Origin: Eledone cirrhosa
Lineage: Eukaryota
NCBI GenBank assembly: GCA_964016885.1
Contig: OZ024745.1
Location: 90,582,001 to 90,646,000, forward strand
Length of the DNA stretch: 64,000 nucleotides
Reading direction: 5' to 3'
Under the pieces are notes generated by a model that made no database searches, was not told the DNA's origin, and saw only the letters and a program-made list of their open reading frames with translations. This document shows, piece by piece, positions 39,221 through 53,210 of the stretch. The position numbers were made by a program, and so were the translations under genes. Numbering within the stretch: position 1 is the first letter of the stretch; the number at the start of each line of letters is the position of its first letter.

Positions 39221-39497
39221 TCTAATATCAAGAACAATGATAAAATAATGGCAATTCTTTGAATCAAGCCGAAATACCACAGAAATAGCTACCAGTTTTA
39301 CACCGTGGTAAAACTATTTAAAATCTATAACAACAGTAATATTTGTAATAATAATAATAATTATAGTGCAATTGTTTAAACTACAAAACTTCAGTGAAAT
39401 GAAGATATGTAAAGATATTTAAATAACAGAACTCACATGTCCATGCTGACAAAAACAATATCATCCATAGCTATCAAGAAAAATAAATGGATACACT

Positions 39498-39529
<32 letters not shown>

Positions 39530-40342
39530 TTTATCTATTTCTGTCCAGAAAAATATTCCTTTTAAGACACTATTTCTAAGAAAGCATAGAAAATGTTCAA
39601 ATAAAAAAAGATTGATTTGCAAGTGAAAATAGTTATCAATATGGTGAAATATTGAAAAAATCTTTTATTTCTTTTCTTATTTTTTTTTTTAGAACATTAT
39701 CTTTGACACTGTTCAGTTTTATGGAAATGCTATAAGGGGGGGGGGGGGGGATACAGTGTTTGTGTTTGTAACTGTGTGTGTATGTGTATATATATAAAGT
39801 TAAGATTATTGATGCTCTGAATCAAGGTCAATTCAGCTTATTTATTGAGAAACATGATCATCATACATATTAAATATCATTAAATATGTATTGATACCTT
39901 TTTATAATATATATATAGTTGAAAGTTTATCCTTAAAGGACAAAACCGTCTGTACAAAGCTGGTGCAAAGAGTGTGAGTATTGTAAGTGTGTGAAGACAT
40001 ATACACACACACACACATATATATATAATTTATTATAGTTGTGAAACTATTCAGTTCTAAGAAAATATTCATCACTTTACCCATATATTGAGTTTATTTT
40101 TGTGTCTCCTGTTTGCACAGCCAAACCTATATATATATATATATATATGAATGATATGATTTGATTCATCATTTGTATGTTATATATATATATTATAAAG
40201 AATCTGGAACTAGCTGTTGAAACGGCAAGAGCTCAGCCGTCGGGTCCCGCTTTTTATAATATAACCATACTCTATGACACCAAGTGTCAAGTACTCTATT
40301 GAGAAATGGTTTCATCAGTTTCAAAGTAGATCCATCCTGATT

Positions 40343-40378
<36 letters not shown>

Positions 40379-40792
40379 CATACATATATATACATACACA
40401 CACATGTACACACAAGCACACACATGCATATATGAATTATTATTTTATAGCTTTCGCTATAAAATAATAAAATAAATTATGCCCCACTCTACCATGTATT
40501 GAGTTTAGTTTCTTCCATTTGTACAGTGAAACCTATATAATTTCTTTCCTAAGTTACAATTAAATTAAATGTTTTTTGCCACTAGAAAATCCAACTCTCT
40601 CTAAAACCGACAAAGAGAAGTAGTACTTCATAATGAACATCACAAATTCAAGTACATTTCAACAATTTATATAGTTATATAGATTAAAAAAGGATTTATC
40701 AATGGTGTCAACATTTTTTTCCCAAAATCATTTTCACTTTTCCCCCTAACAGACAATTGTTTTATTTTAAAGAGAAAGACATTTGACAACCA

Positions 40793-40887
<95 letters not shown>

Positions 40888-41679
40888 CATGACACATCAG
40901 ATCAAATCTTTACATAAAGTAATCAACAATTTAGTTAGCTTTTATTAAATCATACAGAACTTACTGGAAACTTTTACAGGTTAAATGTTAACAAAATATT
41001 TCTGCAAGAAATAGAAATCTTACAACAAAAATAGGTATGTAGGTAAGTAGATGTGTACATATTCAAAGTGTGTACATGTATATGTATGTGTTTATGTGTG
41101 TGTGTGTTTTGCTACGTTTTCTTTTTTCCAGTGTAACAGAACAAGAAAAACAGAAAAAAAAAAAAGAACAAACTTCAGTTTTGAAACTGGAAGCATTTAT
41201 CATGGTTAAAAATGAAAACAGCCTATAACAAAAGGTGGTGGGGTATTTAATATAACAGGCATAAGGAAGATGAGGCTTTCAAGATTGCAATCAATATGAT
41301 TTAGGGGAGATAATTAACTGATCAAGTAAACAGCCATCGATTTAATGAGGGCTCAACTTTCATTCATACAATCAAATACTTACAAACTATTACAGACTTT
41401 GTGTCCAACAGTTTATAACTGAAGAAGGACTACTTGTAGCATGTTCTTTTCTTCTTTTTGTCTTATATTTTTTATTATTATTATTATTAATATATTTATT
41501 ATTATCATTATTATTATTATATATTATTATCATTATTATTATTATTATATAATATCATTATCATTATCATTATATTATCATTACCATTATTATCAATATT
41601 ATTATTATTAAAATTATCGTTATTATTTTTTACATGGGGGAATCTCTGGTTTGAAAGTTATCAAAAGGAAGAATTCTTC

Positions 41680-41835
41680 CTATATAATTGTTGAGTGCCG
41701 GATTGAAGAAGAATCTTTCTTTCGTAGACTTCCAGGACTGAGACTCGACTCAGAATGACCATCAGCTAAGTTTAACGGGTTACCATAAAACTTCTCTTGG
41801 TCTTCTTTCTGGTGGTAAAACTCTTCTTCTAGTTT
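41680..41835 (-). CDS. SLK: SLK-like terminal coding exon
   Basis: ttgcag|AAA; KLEEEFYHQKEDQEKFYGNPLNLADGHSESSLSPGSLRKKDSSSIRHSTII then TAG; LEEEF...QE.F resembles the SLK C-terminus. Confidence 0.88.
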   Translation of the reverse strand, partial: KLEEEFYHQKEDQEKFYGNPLNLADGHSESSLSPGSLRKKDSSSIRHSTII

Positions 41836-41970
41836 CTGCAATAATAGAATACAAAATTTTAAGTTTAGAACTTCAAACAAAAAATATTTAATAAAATAAG
41901 GAAGGATAATTTAAGAAAGTATTTAGCCATTAAAAATACTATGACAGAAAGATCCAATAGATTTACTTAC

Positions 41971-42084
41971 CTGTTTTCGTGGAATCAACTCACTTTTCCA
42001 TTTACGTAGTTCACTTTGGTATTGGTCATCTAATTCTTTAATCTTTTGAGTTTCATGCTCCATCAACATCTTGCGCTTTTCAGC
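41971..42084 (-). CDS. SLK: SLK-like exon
   Basis: ttttag|GCT...CAG|GTAAGT; AEKRKMLMEHETQKIKELDDQYQSELRKWKSELIPRKQ; 114 nt. Confidence 0.92.
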
Positions 42085-42642
42085 CTAAAAACAAAGATAT
42101 TCTTATAATGGTGTGACATACGAACGAGGGTAAAACCAAATTATTCTCCAAGTGTAATTTTGAACTACCAACAAGATCACTACGAGAGTCTCACAACAGT
42201 TCACTTCAGTTTTTATTTATAGACATTTCGCCTAGTCCACTTTTAGTTATGCGGGGGTGTTTAGGGTTTTTTCCCTACAACAGATATTTATAAAGAACTC
42301 TAACTCTCATGATTCATCTCTACATATATAATAGTAATAAAAGAAAGATATATACTTTATATCATCTCTATTTATTTCATTATATATATTTCGAAGATAC
42401 AAGGTATAACATAAAACAGAACATGTCCTTGTCAGACAAAATACATACGAGATGTATGATTTTTCATGATATGCTGGTAGCCAATAAGCTGGACATATTA
42501 TATATATAACTTGGGGACTGCCTGCTACTGATATAACACCATATAAGCAGGTTGTCCCTGAATTGAATTTTATACTTTCTATCTCCTATCTTCCATTCTA
42601 TCTTTGTGTTCAACGTAATCCTGTAACATAATTCTGTAAATA

Positions 42643-42713
42643 ACAACTGATGAAATCGCCTTGTCTTGCATCATAATCGGATGATAGAGCTGGGCCATCA
42701 AAATATGTATTGT
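42643..42713 (+). ncRNA. Decayed hammerhead-like motif in an SLK intron
   Basis: acaa-CTGATGA-long stem II-cAAAA (GAAA mutated)-tatg-TA-ttgt. Confidence 0.35.
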
Positions 42714-42849
42714 AGTGCTTTCATGGGATTAAAATTCTAAAGTAAATTTTCCAGTCTGACCTTCTGTTGTTGTTTTAATGAATATATATATACATATATA
42801 TCATCTACAGCTGGGTACATTCATTCTACATTATTCTTGACTATATCAT

Positions 42850-43400
42850 AACTGTCACCAAAACAACTACTACCACCACCAACACCACAACAACCATCAA
42901 CACCACTACCACTGGCAGTACCACTACTCCCACCACCTCCACTACCATCAAAACTACTACTACTACCACCACTGCACTACCAATGGCAATACCAACACCA
43001 CCACCACCAAAACTACTAATACCACTGGCACTACCACCAGCACTACTACTACCACTACCACCACCAAAACTACTATCACTACCACCACCAACACCACCAG
43101 AACTACTACTACCACCACCAACACCACCAGCATAACCACCAATACTAACAACAGCACTATTACCACTACCAACACTACCCCCACCACTAGCACTACCACC
43201 AACACCACTACTACCAGCACTACCACCATCAACACCACCACTACCAACACCACTACTACCAGTACCACAACCAGCACAAACACAACCACTACCAGTACCA
43301 CAACCAGCACAAACACCACTACCACCACCACAACCACCACCAACACCACTACTACTACTACTACCAACACCACCACCACTACTACCACCAACCCCACCAC
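42850..43400. repeat. Degenerate (ACC/ACT)n trinucleotide repeat
   Basis: Directly abuts an SLK splice donor; explains the poly-Gly and poly-Val ORFs. Confidence 0.9.
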
Positions 43401-43404
43401 TTAC

Positions 43405-43530
43405 CTGTATCTGTTCCAATTCTTTAAGTGCAGTCTCATTGTCCAAAAGCAATTTATCCCATTGCTTTTTGTGTTTAGCTTCAAGACGTGCCGACTCGGA
43501 CTTCATCCTCTTCTTTTCATTTTCTTCAAA
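43405..43530 (-). CDS. SLK: SLK-like exon
   Basis: ttccag|TTT...CAG|GTAAGT; FEENEKKRMKSESARLEAKHKKQWDKLLLDNETALKELEQIQ; 126 nt. Confidence 0.9.
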
Positions 43531-44508
43531 CTGGAAACCAAAGGAAAATATAATAATAATATATAAAGCAAGACACGGTGTGTGATAAAGTTAGCTAGCT
43601 GCTTGAATTACAGCTACAGTCCATCTCACAGGCTTCCAAACAGTTTCTGTCTACCCAATTTCACACACATGGTTTGGGTCGACCTGCTGTGGTGAGATTG
43701 AACCAAGGACTGTAACTGTATGATTGTGTTCACAATATCCCCCTAATGGTTGTTTAATAACATCTAAAGTCTATCTCAAGTCAGGAGGCTCGTCAGGCCA
43801 GTGCTTATCCCGGTTTTGTGGCATGAAGTGACTGAGAGTACAAGCCTCCCCAGGGTTAAACCCCCAGTTATTGTTGGTACTCATTTTCAGCAGAGTATAC
43901 TGAAGCAACATCAAATAATAATGAAATTATTGTGTACAGTGCTCAGGTGCACTACAACTCATCAAAGGTGCATGTATAGTACATAGAATAATGTACAAAT
44001 GTAGTGTTTTGCTCAAGAACACAACACACAATACAGTCCAGTAATCAAACCCACAACATTATGATCGTAAGTCTAACACCCTTACCACTAGGCCACGTGC
44101 CTCCATGGTTTTAAGCTCTTCAGTACCGTAGACAAGATAACTCGTCCTAACATGTATGCATTCCAGTGCCACGGATGTGATAACTCGTCCTAACATGTTT
44201 GAACTTGTTTCCAAAGTTATGAACTCGTTTCCAACAGTTCATAACTTCAAAGCTAGATGGGGTTACTTGTTTATTGATGTGATGTTTGTCAATCAAAATA
44301 ATCATTTTACTGAAAAAAACACCCGGTACAGCAACTGTAGCTGTGTAAAATATATGTGGCAGTAAACAGGTTAATAATCAAGGACTGTATGATTATGTTC
44401 ACAATACCACCTAATGGTTGTTTAATAACATAAACTAATGAGTTAAAAAAGCAATTCAAGTTAGCATCTAAAAAGAAGACTAGATATATAAAAAGCCAAT
44501 TATCATAC

Positions 44509-44697
44509 CTGTTTCATCTTGGCTCTATCTTCTTCAGGTGTTCCAACAGTACTTAGCCGCAAACTTTGTTTGAACATTTGGGCACGGATTTTTGATTGGC
44601 TCTTAATCACTTTGGGATGGCGCCTCTTGTCAAGAAGTTGGTAGCGCTGAACCTCTTCTTCTTTTGCTGAATTACTTCGTTTCATTTGTTCAATTTC
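44509..44697 (-). CDS. SLK: SLK-like exon
   Basis: tcacag|GAA...CAG|GTATGA; EIEQMKRSNSAKEEEVQRYQLLDKRRHPKVIKSQSKIRAQMFKQSLRLSTVGTPEEDRAKMKQ; 189 nt. Confidence 0.92.
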
Positions 44698-44751
44698 CTG
44701 TGAGAGACAAACAGACAGACACATCAGACCACAGAGTAGATTATGACATAT

Positions 44752-44799
<48 letters not shown>

Positions 44800-45029
44800 T
44801 AAAGAAAATAATAGGAAAAACTTAGAGACTGAACACTAAGGCGGAAAAGTGGTAAGATGAAGGTGGTAGTGATATGGTGAAGGTAGTGAAAATGAAGGTG
44901 TTCTTTATGAAGCTGAAGAAAATGGTTATGATAAGGTTGAAGACTATTATTATAAAGACTTGTGTCTCATAAAAAAATATTTAAATGAAAAATCTACATA
45001 AATTACTGATATTATTGGAAAGGTCTTTG

Positions 45030-45620
45030 GAATAATGCTACTCGATAGATTGTGTAGCTTGGAGATCAGAGAGTCACCCCAGGTAAACTACTTCTCCAAA
45101 TTGAGAGATCACAGCTCTGATACTATAGGCATGTGGTTAGAATGTTTAAGGAAAGAATAGCTGGACAGATTTTACGAGCAAAACCAACCGACAGGAGACC
45201 CAGGGGTAGACCCCGAGCAAGATGGCTGGATAACATCCATGTGCTCAGCTGGTCTCGCTGGGAAATCCAGCGAGACCAATTGGAGACGGTTGCTTCTAAC
45301 AGGACATTTTTTCACGCTCAGAGTTGCTGAAGCATGGGACAAACTACCTGCATCAGTTGTTAGCTGTCGAGACACTGCATCCTTTAAGGCCTCCATGCTT
45401 CCTGAGATCCGCCAACACTACAGCTAACACATACACACATGTACTTCCCTGACATTTGTGTATTATTCTATGTACTATATTGACGAGTTGTAGTGCACCT
45501 GAGCACTTTACACAATAATTTCTTTCATTATTATTATTATAGGACCCACTGAAAGGAGTGTTTGAGAACTCTGCTCCTACAACCCTCTCAGGAATAAGTG
45601 GATGAAGAAGAAGAAGAAGA
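45030..45620 (+). mobile_element. RTE 3' fragment interrupted by a CR1/L2-type 3' fragment
   Basis: RRPRGRPRARWLDNI (RTE) then FFTLRVAEAWDKLPASVV..FK (CR1-like, ~45305-45540 with (ATT)n tail); the RTE resumes at AGGAC 45541. Confidence 0.65.
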
Positions 45621-45633
45621 CTGATATTATTAC

Positions 45634-45758
45634 CTTTACATGCCGATTGAGCATTTGATGTCTTTTAAGGAAGAACAAATCTTTCAGTTGGCCCTTTTCT
45701 TGTTGGTGTTTATCATGAAGTTGGTTCTTTTCCATTTCCCATAAGGCAGCTTCTCGAG
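45634..45758 (-). CDS. SLK: SLK-like exon
   Basis: ttatag|CT CGA...AAG|GTAAT; AREAALWEMEKNQLHDKHQQEKGQLKDLFFLKRHQMLNRHVK, characteristic SLK/LOK REAxxWE...RHQ..RH segment; 125 nt. Confidence 0.92.
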
Positions 45759-46007
45759 CTATAAGGCAACAGTTTGGAAATTAACAGCAATTCAACAGGC
45801 AACTTTTCAAGATTTTATTTGTTTAATGATTAGTGGGTAGCTGTGTATATACATATATCTTTGGATATGTCTGTGTGTGAATGTATATATATTTGGATAT
45901 GTGTGTGTGCGTGTGTGTATATATATATATTTGGATATGTGTGTGTGTGTATATATATATATTTGGATATGTGTGTGTGTGTATATCTTTGAATATATGT
46001 GTATGTA

Positions 46008-46880
46008 TCATTATCTATAAAAAGCAGATTGTTGTTGTGTGTGTGTGTGTGCATGTTCCATGTTTATACATTTGCACAATTTCAAACCGATTCGACTCAA
46101 AGTCTGTAAGAATGTTGTAAATGGTCTAACTTAGGTTAACGATTATTTATTTATTTCAAACTCACCCAGAATTGCGGAAATAATCGATTAAACTAAATAC
46201 ATGACACTTTACCCCCCTAATACAATCTGATATCCTCTCTCTACTCCCCTCAAAATTTGATAAAACTACATACATGCTGCAACTTTCTTTTATATACGCT
46301 TAAACTTACAAACTTCCTTTAGGAACGTCGAAGAGAGAGAGAGAGAGAGAATGTTTGTTTTTGAGCCGAAACAACAATTACTCAAAAGCAACAGATAAAT
46401 TTATTCAACAACAAAAAAAATAGCGATAAATCTTTTTTAAAACATCTCTCAACGAACTTGGAAGAAAGAAGTATCAGTTTATTTACTATACACAATAATA
46501 TCCTCTATGTGGTCACTAAACCTGCTAGAAACAGCAGCTAACTCTCCCCCCTATCACACTCCTCTCTAGTGTCTTAAATTTAGAAAACACACATTAGACA
46601 CCATGCAGAACAACACAGCTCTGTTGTTCGGCTGGCATCGTCTACGCGCGTGTTGCGCAAGTACTGTGAAACAATAAATTTCAACACTTCTTTGCACTGA
46701 GATAATATCCATAGGCGAAACTACAATTGTCACTGCTGGTGCAGCTCCTGCTTCGGCAGTCCAAGTCTGAAATTCATTCACCCAGTGCCTGGCAGACAAA
46801 AAAGTGCTGCCATAAAATGGGTGGTGCAACCTAACTTTGGAAACTTACTGACCCCGAGCAACGCCGGGCTTTAATGCTAG
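46008..46880 (+). mobile_element. Non-autonomous Helitron
   Basis: A|TC start, 3' hairpin CCCGAGCAACGCCGGG followed by CTAG|T; splits a minisatellite, no TSD. Confidence 0.7.
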
Positions 46881-47108
46881 TGTATATATATTTGGATATA
46901 TGTGTGTGTGTGTATGTATATATATATATATATATTTGGATATATGTGTGTATGTATATATATATATATATATATTTGGATATATGTGTGTATGTATATA
47001 TATATATATATATATTTGGATATATGTGTGTATGTATATATATATATATATATATATTTGGATATATGTGTATATGTGTATATATATATATGGATATATG
47101 TGTGTGTG

Positions 47109-47158
<50 letters not shown>

Positions 47159-47400
47159 GATATATGTGTGTATGTATATATATATATATATATATCTTTG
47201 GATATATGTGTGTGTGTATATTATATATATATATCTTTGGATATTATGTGTGAGTGTACAAGTCCTTGGATATGTGTGTATGCATATATCTTTGGATATG
47301 TGTTTGTGTGTGAACATGTACTTGGATATGTGTGTGTATGAAGATATCTTTGAATATGTATGTGTGCATGTATATATCTTTGGATATGTGTATGTCCAAA
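46881..47400. repeat. TTTGGATATATGTGTG/(TA)n minisatellite (continues at 45850-46007)
   Basis: Visible tandem units, interrupted by a Helitron. Confidence 0.9.
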
Positions 47401-47435
47401 CACATACACACTCTTAGAAAACTGATTAGAATTAC

Positions 47436-47565
47436 CTCGAAGAAGCTGTTGTTTCTGTTGAAGGTATTGACTCTCCAGTAATGCAATCTTCTGTCGGTGT
47501 TGGTCAGTTAATTGTTTCATGTGTTTTTCCATTCGTTCTCTTTGGTTTTCTAAAAATTGGCGCTC
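47436..47565 (-). CDS. SLK: SLK-like exon
   Basis: tcatag|GAG...CGA G|GTAAT; ERQFLENQRERMEKHMKQLTDQHRQKIALLESQYLQQKQQLLR; 130 nt, ends phase 1. Confidence 0.9.
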
Positions 47566-47652
47566 CTATGAAATCAAACATTGGCAATATATGTAATAAA
47601 CATAACTGACAATATATGACTAATGACAAAACACAACTTACAAACATTATTT

Positions 47653-47892
47653 TTAACCCTTTCATGACCACATTTCTAGTGAAATACACTGTATTTTAAT
47701 TAGTTAATGAAGAATTTTGAGGGATTTACTAAAATTATTAATTATTTCATCATTAAGAGAGTAACTTAATCTAAGGTTCTTATATAAAAATATATTGGAA
47801 GATTTTAATTTAAGTTGGAAACCTTTAAAATAGGTGGTTTTATTTCATAGAACCAGAGCTAGTTTTGGCTGGGTTGGTAACTAAAAGGTTAA
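47653..47892. mobile_element. piggyBac-like MITE
   Basis: TTAA-ccctttcatgacca ... tggtaactaaaagg-TTAA. Confidence 0.55.
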
Positions 47893-48581
47893 TACACACA
47901 AGAACCAAGAGTAACTTCTAATAAACTTTCAAATAAACATGAGTGTAGGCATAGCTGTGGTGTTAAGAATTTCACTTTACTATTATGTGATTCCAAGCTC
48001 AATCCTACGGCACATCACCATAACCAAGTGTTTAAACTAATATCTAAGTCTAAGTGTAAAGTCTGTCTCAAGCCAGGAGGCTCGTCAGGTTGGTGCTTAT
48101 CTCGGTTTTGTGGCAGAAAGCGAGTGAGAGTACAAGACTCCCTCCTGGACAGGACACCAGTCCATTACAGGGTTAAATTCCATCTCAAACCAGGAGGCTT
48201 GTCAGGCCAGTGCTTATCCCGGTTTTGCAGTGTAAAGTGACTGAGAGTACAAGACCGACCCCCCCTTAGACAGGATGCCAATACATCGCAGAGTTAAATC
48301 CCCAGCTATTGCTGGTACTCATTTTCAGGTGAGTATACTGGAGCAATGTGAAATGAAGTGTTTTGTTCAAGAACACAACATGAAACCCAGCACAGCAATC
48401 GAACCCACAACATTATGATTGTAAGTCCAACACAACCGTGTTGGACTTATGCCTCCACAAACTAATATCTACTGGGTGGAATTTGGTGGTTGGAAATTGG
48501 GGAGGGGATGGGGCTGCATGTGTAAATCCATGTGTGAATACATTGATAGATATGTGTGTGTCTGTGTCTTTCATCAATATA

Positions 48582-48708
48582 CAGGGGGCTGCAAAAGTAA
48601 GTATACAGTTAGGATTATACCAGTCATGATATGTTTGTATATTCAGTAAAATGTTTTGTGCACATATTTTGTATTTAATTACTGCATACCTACATTTGTA
48701 GCCCCCTG
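48582..48708. mobile_element. Tc1/mariner-type MITE
   Basis: TA|cagggggctgcaaaagta ... tacatttgtagccccctg|TA. Confidence 0.7.
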
Positions 48709-49277
48709 TACATCAGCAAGGAGTTTGATAAATCAGTGGATTTCAACAAAATTAAAATACCTTTCATACCATTATAAATATAATCAGATTCAATACAAAT
48801 TTAAAAACAAAATTAGTTTCGCTCTAACATAGCGGATATGTAAATGGATTCGTAAGTTTTATATCGAATAATAATAATATTCAATTCGTTTGCAAGCAAA
48901 CAGCCTCATTACGCTATGTGTTTTAGATGACTACCGTCATCCCTTTGTTCGAGCGGTGACAGAGAGAAACAATCGACAATAATATTGTTTCTGGGTTATT
49001 GCCCTTTGTCAAGATTGTATATCTCTCCTCTCTGCCACTGCTTGAACAAAAGGATGACGATAGTCATCTAAAACATATAGTGTAATGAGGCTGTTTGTTT
49101 GCAAACGACTTTGCCTTTCATCCTTACGGGGTCGATAAAATAAAGTACCAGTAATGCACTGGGTAATTGCTGGCCTTGTGCCTAAAGTAGAAACAATTAT
49201 TATTCGATATGACACTCACAAATGCAATACAAATTTATTTTTCTTTAAATAGATTTTAATAAAAATGCAAGAACTAC

Positions 49278-49421
49278 CTTATTTCCCAGTTCAATTTCCT
49301 TTTCTTCTTTACGCTTCCGTAAAGATTCCTTTTTAGTATCTTTTGGTAGAAGGTCTAGTTCTTGTTTTAAGAGCTTCATGTCCTGCTTTTGTTGTTCTTT
49401 GAAAATCTTCAACTCCTTCTC
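49278..49421 (-). CDS. SLK: SLK-like exon
   Basis: cttcag|GAG...AAG|GTAGTT; EKELKIFKEQQKQDMKLLKQELDLLPKDTKKESLRKRKEEKEIELGNK; 144 nt. Confidence 0.9.
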
Positions 49422-49659
49422 CTGAAGACCAACAAAAAAGTGAGTTAATTAGAACACGATAAAATAGGTAAAACCCAGAGTCAACTAATAAACAACAATA
49501 ACGTAAAGTGATGTTGCCAGCAATACAATGTTGTCAAAAACTGATCTGTGGTTCAATGTGCACATCTATAGGGGAAGAAGTTGTTGATTTGTGGTCGGTG
49601 GTGAGAACTAGAAGCTTGGGTTGTCTACTGTTCTTAACAGCCTTAGAAGACATCAATGG

Positions 49660-49820
49660 ACTTAGAATTAGGTTCCAGATAAACTATGTAATACTAGTAA
49701 TCCTCACTATAAGACTAGACTTGGAATTAGGTTCCACATAAACTATGTAATACTAGTAAACACAAATATAAGACTGGACTTGGAATTGGGTTCCACATAA
49801 ACTATGTAATACTAGTAAAC
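49660..49820. repeat. ~59-bp tandem repeat x3
   Basis: gacttggaattaggttccacataaactatgtaatactagtaa units. Confidence 0.8.
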
Positions 49821-50189
49821 AGCAAAAAAATGATAAAAAGAAACAATAGGGAACAAAAGTTGATTACTGGTATATTTTATTGAACAGCAGAACAATGAAA
49901 AGCAATGTGAATATTCAACAAAGAGGAAAATTAACCACAAGCTATAATGTAATCTGTTGTATCATCTTGACCATACAAAATCAACAGTTTGACCATACAA
50001 AATTAACAGTAAGGATTTCTTTTTCAGCAAAGTTGATAGCTTTTACTAAGGAGATTGAGAACGGTCAATACATTATAGGTACTTATATTTCTTTATAAAC
50101 CAGCTAAATATAAACTAGTTGTTGTAAAGTATCAACTCTAGTGTCATACTGTCTTTGCCATTTCTGTAACACATATTATTACGACTAAT

Positions 50190-51080
50190 AATAATTGTTT
50201 CTACTTTAGGCACAAGGCCAGCAATTTTGGAGGAGGAGAAAGTCGATTAAATCGACCTCAGTGTGTGACTGGTACTTTATTTTATCAACCCCATAAGGAT
50301 GAAAAGCAAAGCTAACCTCGACGGGATTTGAACTCAGAACTTAACGGGTCATAACTCTGTGCTGCGAAGCATGGTGTCCGATGCTCTACCGAAACTGCCA
50401 ATCCACCACCCTCAGTAATAGTTGTTTCTACTTTTGGCACAAGGCCAGTAATTACCCAGTACATTACTGGTACTTTATTTTATCGACTCCGCAAGGATGA
50501 AAGGCAAAGTTAACCTCGACGGGATTTGAACTCAGACCGTAAAGGGACGTAACTATGCTAGAAAGCATGACGTCCAACCCTCTACCGATACTGCCAATTC
50601 ACGCCCAGTAATAATAATATAGAGTTTGAGAGACGCAAAAGTTCCAATCTAGATATCTTGTCATACTGAGTTATGTCCCTTGACATTCTAAATTCAAATC
50701 TCATAACCAAGTCAGTAATAATTGTTTCCCCGGCAATGGGGGGGGGGGGGGGGGGGTCAATTAAATCAACCTCGTTACAGGTACTTTATTTTACCGACCT
50801 CGAAAAGAAAAGCCAATCTTGGAGGGATATGGAGCCAATACTGCCAATCCACTGCCTTAATTGTTTCTATTTTAGGCACAAGGCCAGCAATTTTGGGGGA
50901 GAGGAATGTCAATTAAATTGACTCCAGTGCATTACTGGTGCTTTATTTTATCGACCGCATAAGAAAGGGAGGCAAAGCTAACCTCAGCAGGATTTGAACT
51001 AGGAACGTAAAGGGTCGTTACTCTATGTCCCAAACATGGTGTCCGATGCTCTACCAATGCTGCTAATCCACTGCCTTAAT
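50190..51080 (-). mobile_element. Tandem cluster of the same SINE
   Basis: Three to four head-to-tail copies with (AAT)n spacers. Confidence 0.75.
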
Positions 51081-51791
51081 AATAATAATAACATAATTAG
51101 CCAACAATGAGTTACTTTAAACAAAGTTACTAAGTAACAATGATATCAACTCTTGTTGCTGTGAATATTATTGATGTTGTTGTTGTTACCATTGTTGCTG
51201 GGAAGTCAAATTCATCTAAACCAAACGTTTAAAGATGACTAACATGATTGGTAGGCGAGAGGACACAAGTAATTTATCACTAATTAATTATAATTAGACC
51301 ACAATAGACCAATTATTAAGATTATATGCCAATGGCAATACATTCAACATAATCTGAGACAATTAAACACAATTTTCGATTACTATGTTATTTATGTTTT
51401 CAAATAGATAAATGAATAAAAAGATAAAGTTATTTATATTCATCAAAAATTATTAATTTTCAAAGCCAAATTATTTTAAAAAATTACTGATCCACAAATT
51501 GTAAATTCAAACCTAGTTAGAAGTAGTGAGACATTTTTTTTTTTTTTTTTTTTGTGCAAACATTTGGATTTATATTAAAAATAGGGGAATCACAGTTTTT
51601 AGTATAGGTATACAATATCCCTACATATCATAAGAGGTGACTAAAAGTGTTCACAGTAGGAAGGGCATCCAGTTGTAAAACACCATCTCAAAACATCTCA
51701 TCCAGCCCATGCCAGCATGGAAAAAGTCGATGTAAAAGTGATGATGGTGATAGTAAAAAACAAAATATATATATATATATATATATCGCAC

Positions 51792-51920
51792 CTGTTCTAT
51801 CTTAATTTTCTTGGCTGCTGTCTTTGACTCCATTCCTTGGTTTGATTCTACCTTTTCAGCTTGCTGTTTTTGTTGCCGTGTTAGTCCCTCCAGGTCTTGT
51901 TCATAGGTTTTCAAAAGACC
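51792..51920 (-). CDS. SLK: SLK-like exon
   Basis: ttgtag|GGT...CAG|GTGCGA; GLLKTYEQDLEGLTRQQKQQAEKVESNQGMESKTAAKKIKIEQ; 129 nt, frame kept. Confidence 0.9.
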
Positions 51921-53049
51921 CTACAAAATAGACCAAATTAAATATATTAAGAGTAAAAGGCAACATTTATGCGCATGCACACACATACGCACACTAACAC
52001 ACTCATACATGCAAATAGGCATAAAACTAACACAAACACAAAAATGTATACTCTGCACATGCCTAAGACAGCATCCAAAAGGTTTGGCTTCTTCATCTTC
52101 AAGGCAACAAGATAATTCAGCCCCATCATATAGAGAAAATTAAACAAAAAGCAAAGAGTACATTTGCCCTTCATTTTTATGCTGTTTTACACACACATTA
52201 CACCACAATACTGTTTACACAACACATTACACCACAATACAGCTTACACAACACATTACACCACAATACAGCTTACACACCACATTTTACACTATAACAG
52301 AGCCCACACATCACATGTTACACTATAGCACAGCTCACACATCACATTACATTACAACACAGCTCACACATCACATTACACTACAACATAGCTCACACAT
52401 CATGCTATATTACAATATTTCACACAACATATTGCACTACTACACGGCTCACACATCATGCTATATAACAACACAGCTCACACATTTTACGCTACCTCAC
52501 AGCTCAAACAACACATTACACTACAACACAGCTTACACATCAAGTTACTCAACAATACTACTTATACATATAACTATACTCAGATGCTATGACAAAACTA
52601 ATCTAAAACCTTATAGTATTTAGGCTTATGATCATCAACTGAAAAAGCTCATTTGCATACAGAGCAAAAGCTAGCAGGCACAAGGCCAGCAATTACCCCA
52701 ATACATTACTGGCGCTTTATTTTATTGAGCTCCGTAAGGATGAAAGGCAAAGCTAACTTCAGTGGAATCTTAACCCAGAACGTAAAGGGACATAACTCTA
52801 TGCTGCAAAGCATGGTGTCTGATGCTCTACCAATACTGCCAATCCACTGGCAGGCTCTAATTAATGAGAGATAGTAATGTGTTCATGTAAATAAACATTT
52901 TACTTAGTAATAAAGTAATAATGCTGGTGACATGATGAAATACACCCAGGATTCTCATATGAAACAAATAAGTAAGAAGTGGTTATCTGACCATATTTTG
53001 CCTAACTATGACAACCTGTCCAACCCATGCTAATATGGAAAACAGGTGG

Positions 53050-53137
53050 GTGATGGTGGTGATGATTATGATAATGACGATGATGATGATGATGATGATG
53101 ATGACAGTGATGGTGACAATGATGATGATGGTGATGG

Positions 53138-53205
<68 letters not shown>

Positions 53206-53210
53206 GTGCG
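53050..53210. repeat. (GAT)n microsatellite
   Basis: Visible; source of the poly-His/Ile/Met ORFs. Confidence 0.95.

Noticed and set aside
42841-43404. Gly-rich 221-aa and Val-rich 145-aa ORFs
   Set aside because: Read-through from a real SLK exon into an intronic (ACC/ACT)n repeat past a canonical GTAAGT donor.
46874-47417. YI/CV-rich ORFs (also near 7100, 12100, 19200, 61600-62270)
   Set aside because: Translations of (TA)n/(TG)n simple repeats.
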